DNA of 64,000 nt from Mytilus trossulus. Taxonomy: Eukaryota. Positions 63,908 to 64,000 of the stretch are shown piece after piece. The stretch covers positions 43,152,001 through 43,216,000 of the forward strand of contig NC_086378.1 in assembly GCF_036588685.1 (NCBI RefSeq), given 5' to 3'. Under the pieces are notes generated by a model. That model saw only the letters and a program-made list of their open reading frames with translations, was not told where the DNA came from and did not search any database. The translations under genes and the position numbers were made by a program. Numbering within the stretch: the first letter of the stretch is position 1; each line of letters opens with the position of its first letter.

Positions 63908-64000
63908 ATGATATAACAATGGCCATTTTCATGACTTGGTACAGGCCAATTTTAAAGATAAAAATGGTGGGTTGAACCTGTGGCGATCAGATTGAAATAG

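Overview
AT-rich eukaryotic (animal) genomic DNA with GT-AG introns. The repeat content resembles a bivalve mollusc such as a mussel (inferred from the repeat families, not proven). Two spliced + strand genes can be reconstructed. (1) The 3' 11 coding exons of a FANCA-like gene (190-11703). (2) A complete 7-exon, 866-aa gene (54195-60937) encoding a signal peptide, two tandem GPR158/GPR179-type Cache+EGF-like ectodomain modules, a polybasic furin-type linker and a GPI-like hydrophobic tail, with no 7TM domain. The rest is transposon-derived: hAT-, MULE-, Tc1- and Harbinger-like MITEs, a tRNA-derived SINE, degraded LINEs, Penelope-like RT relics and a 53-bp minisatellite. The most notable signal is a dense set of predicted self-cleaving ribozymes inside short non-coding repeats. 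These are three type-P5 twister-like motifs from two families with compensatory base changes, and at least five minimal type I hammerheads from three families, including a ~550-570-nt tandem array with one hammerhead per monomer (retrozyme-like). The twister-bearing repeats share a 3'-end motif with the Penelope-like RT relic, which suggests an autonomous/non-autonomous ribozyme-retroelement system. All homology calls are by eye from remembered sequences; no searches were run.
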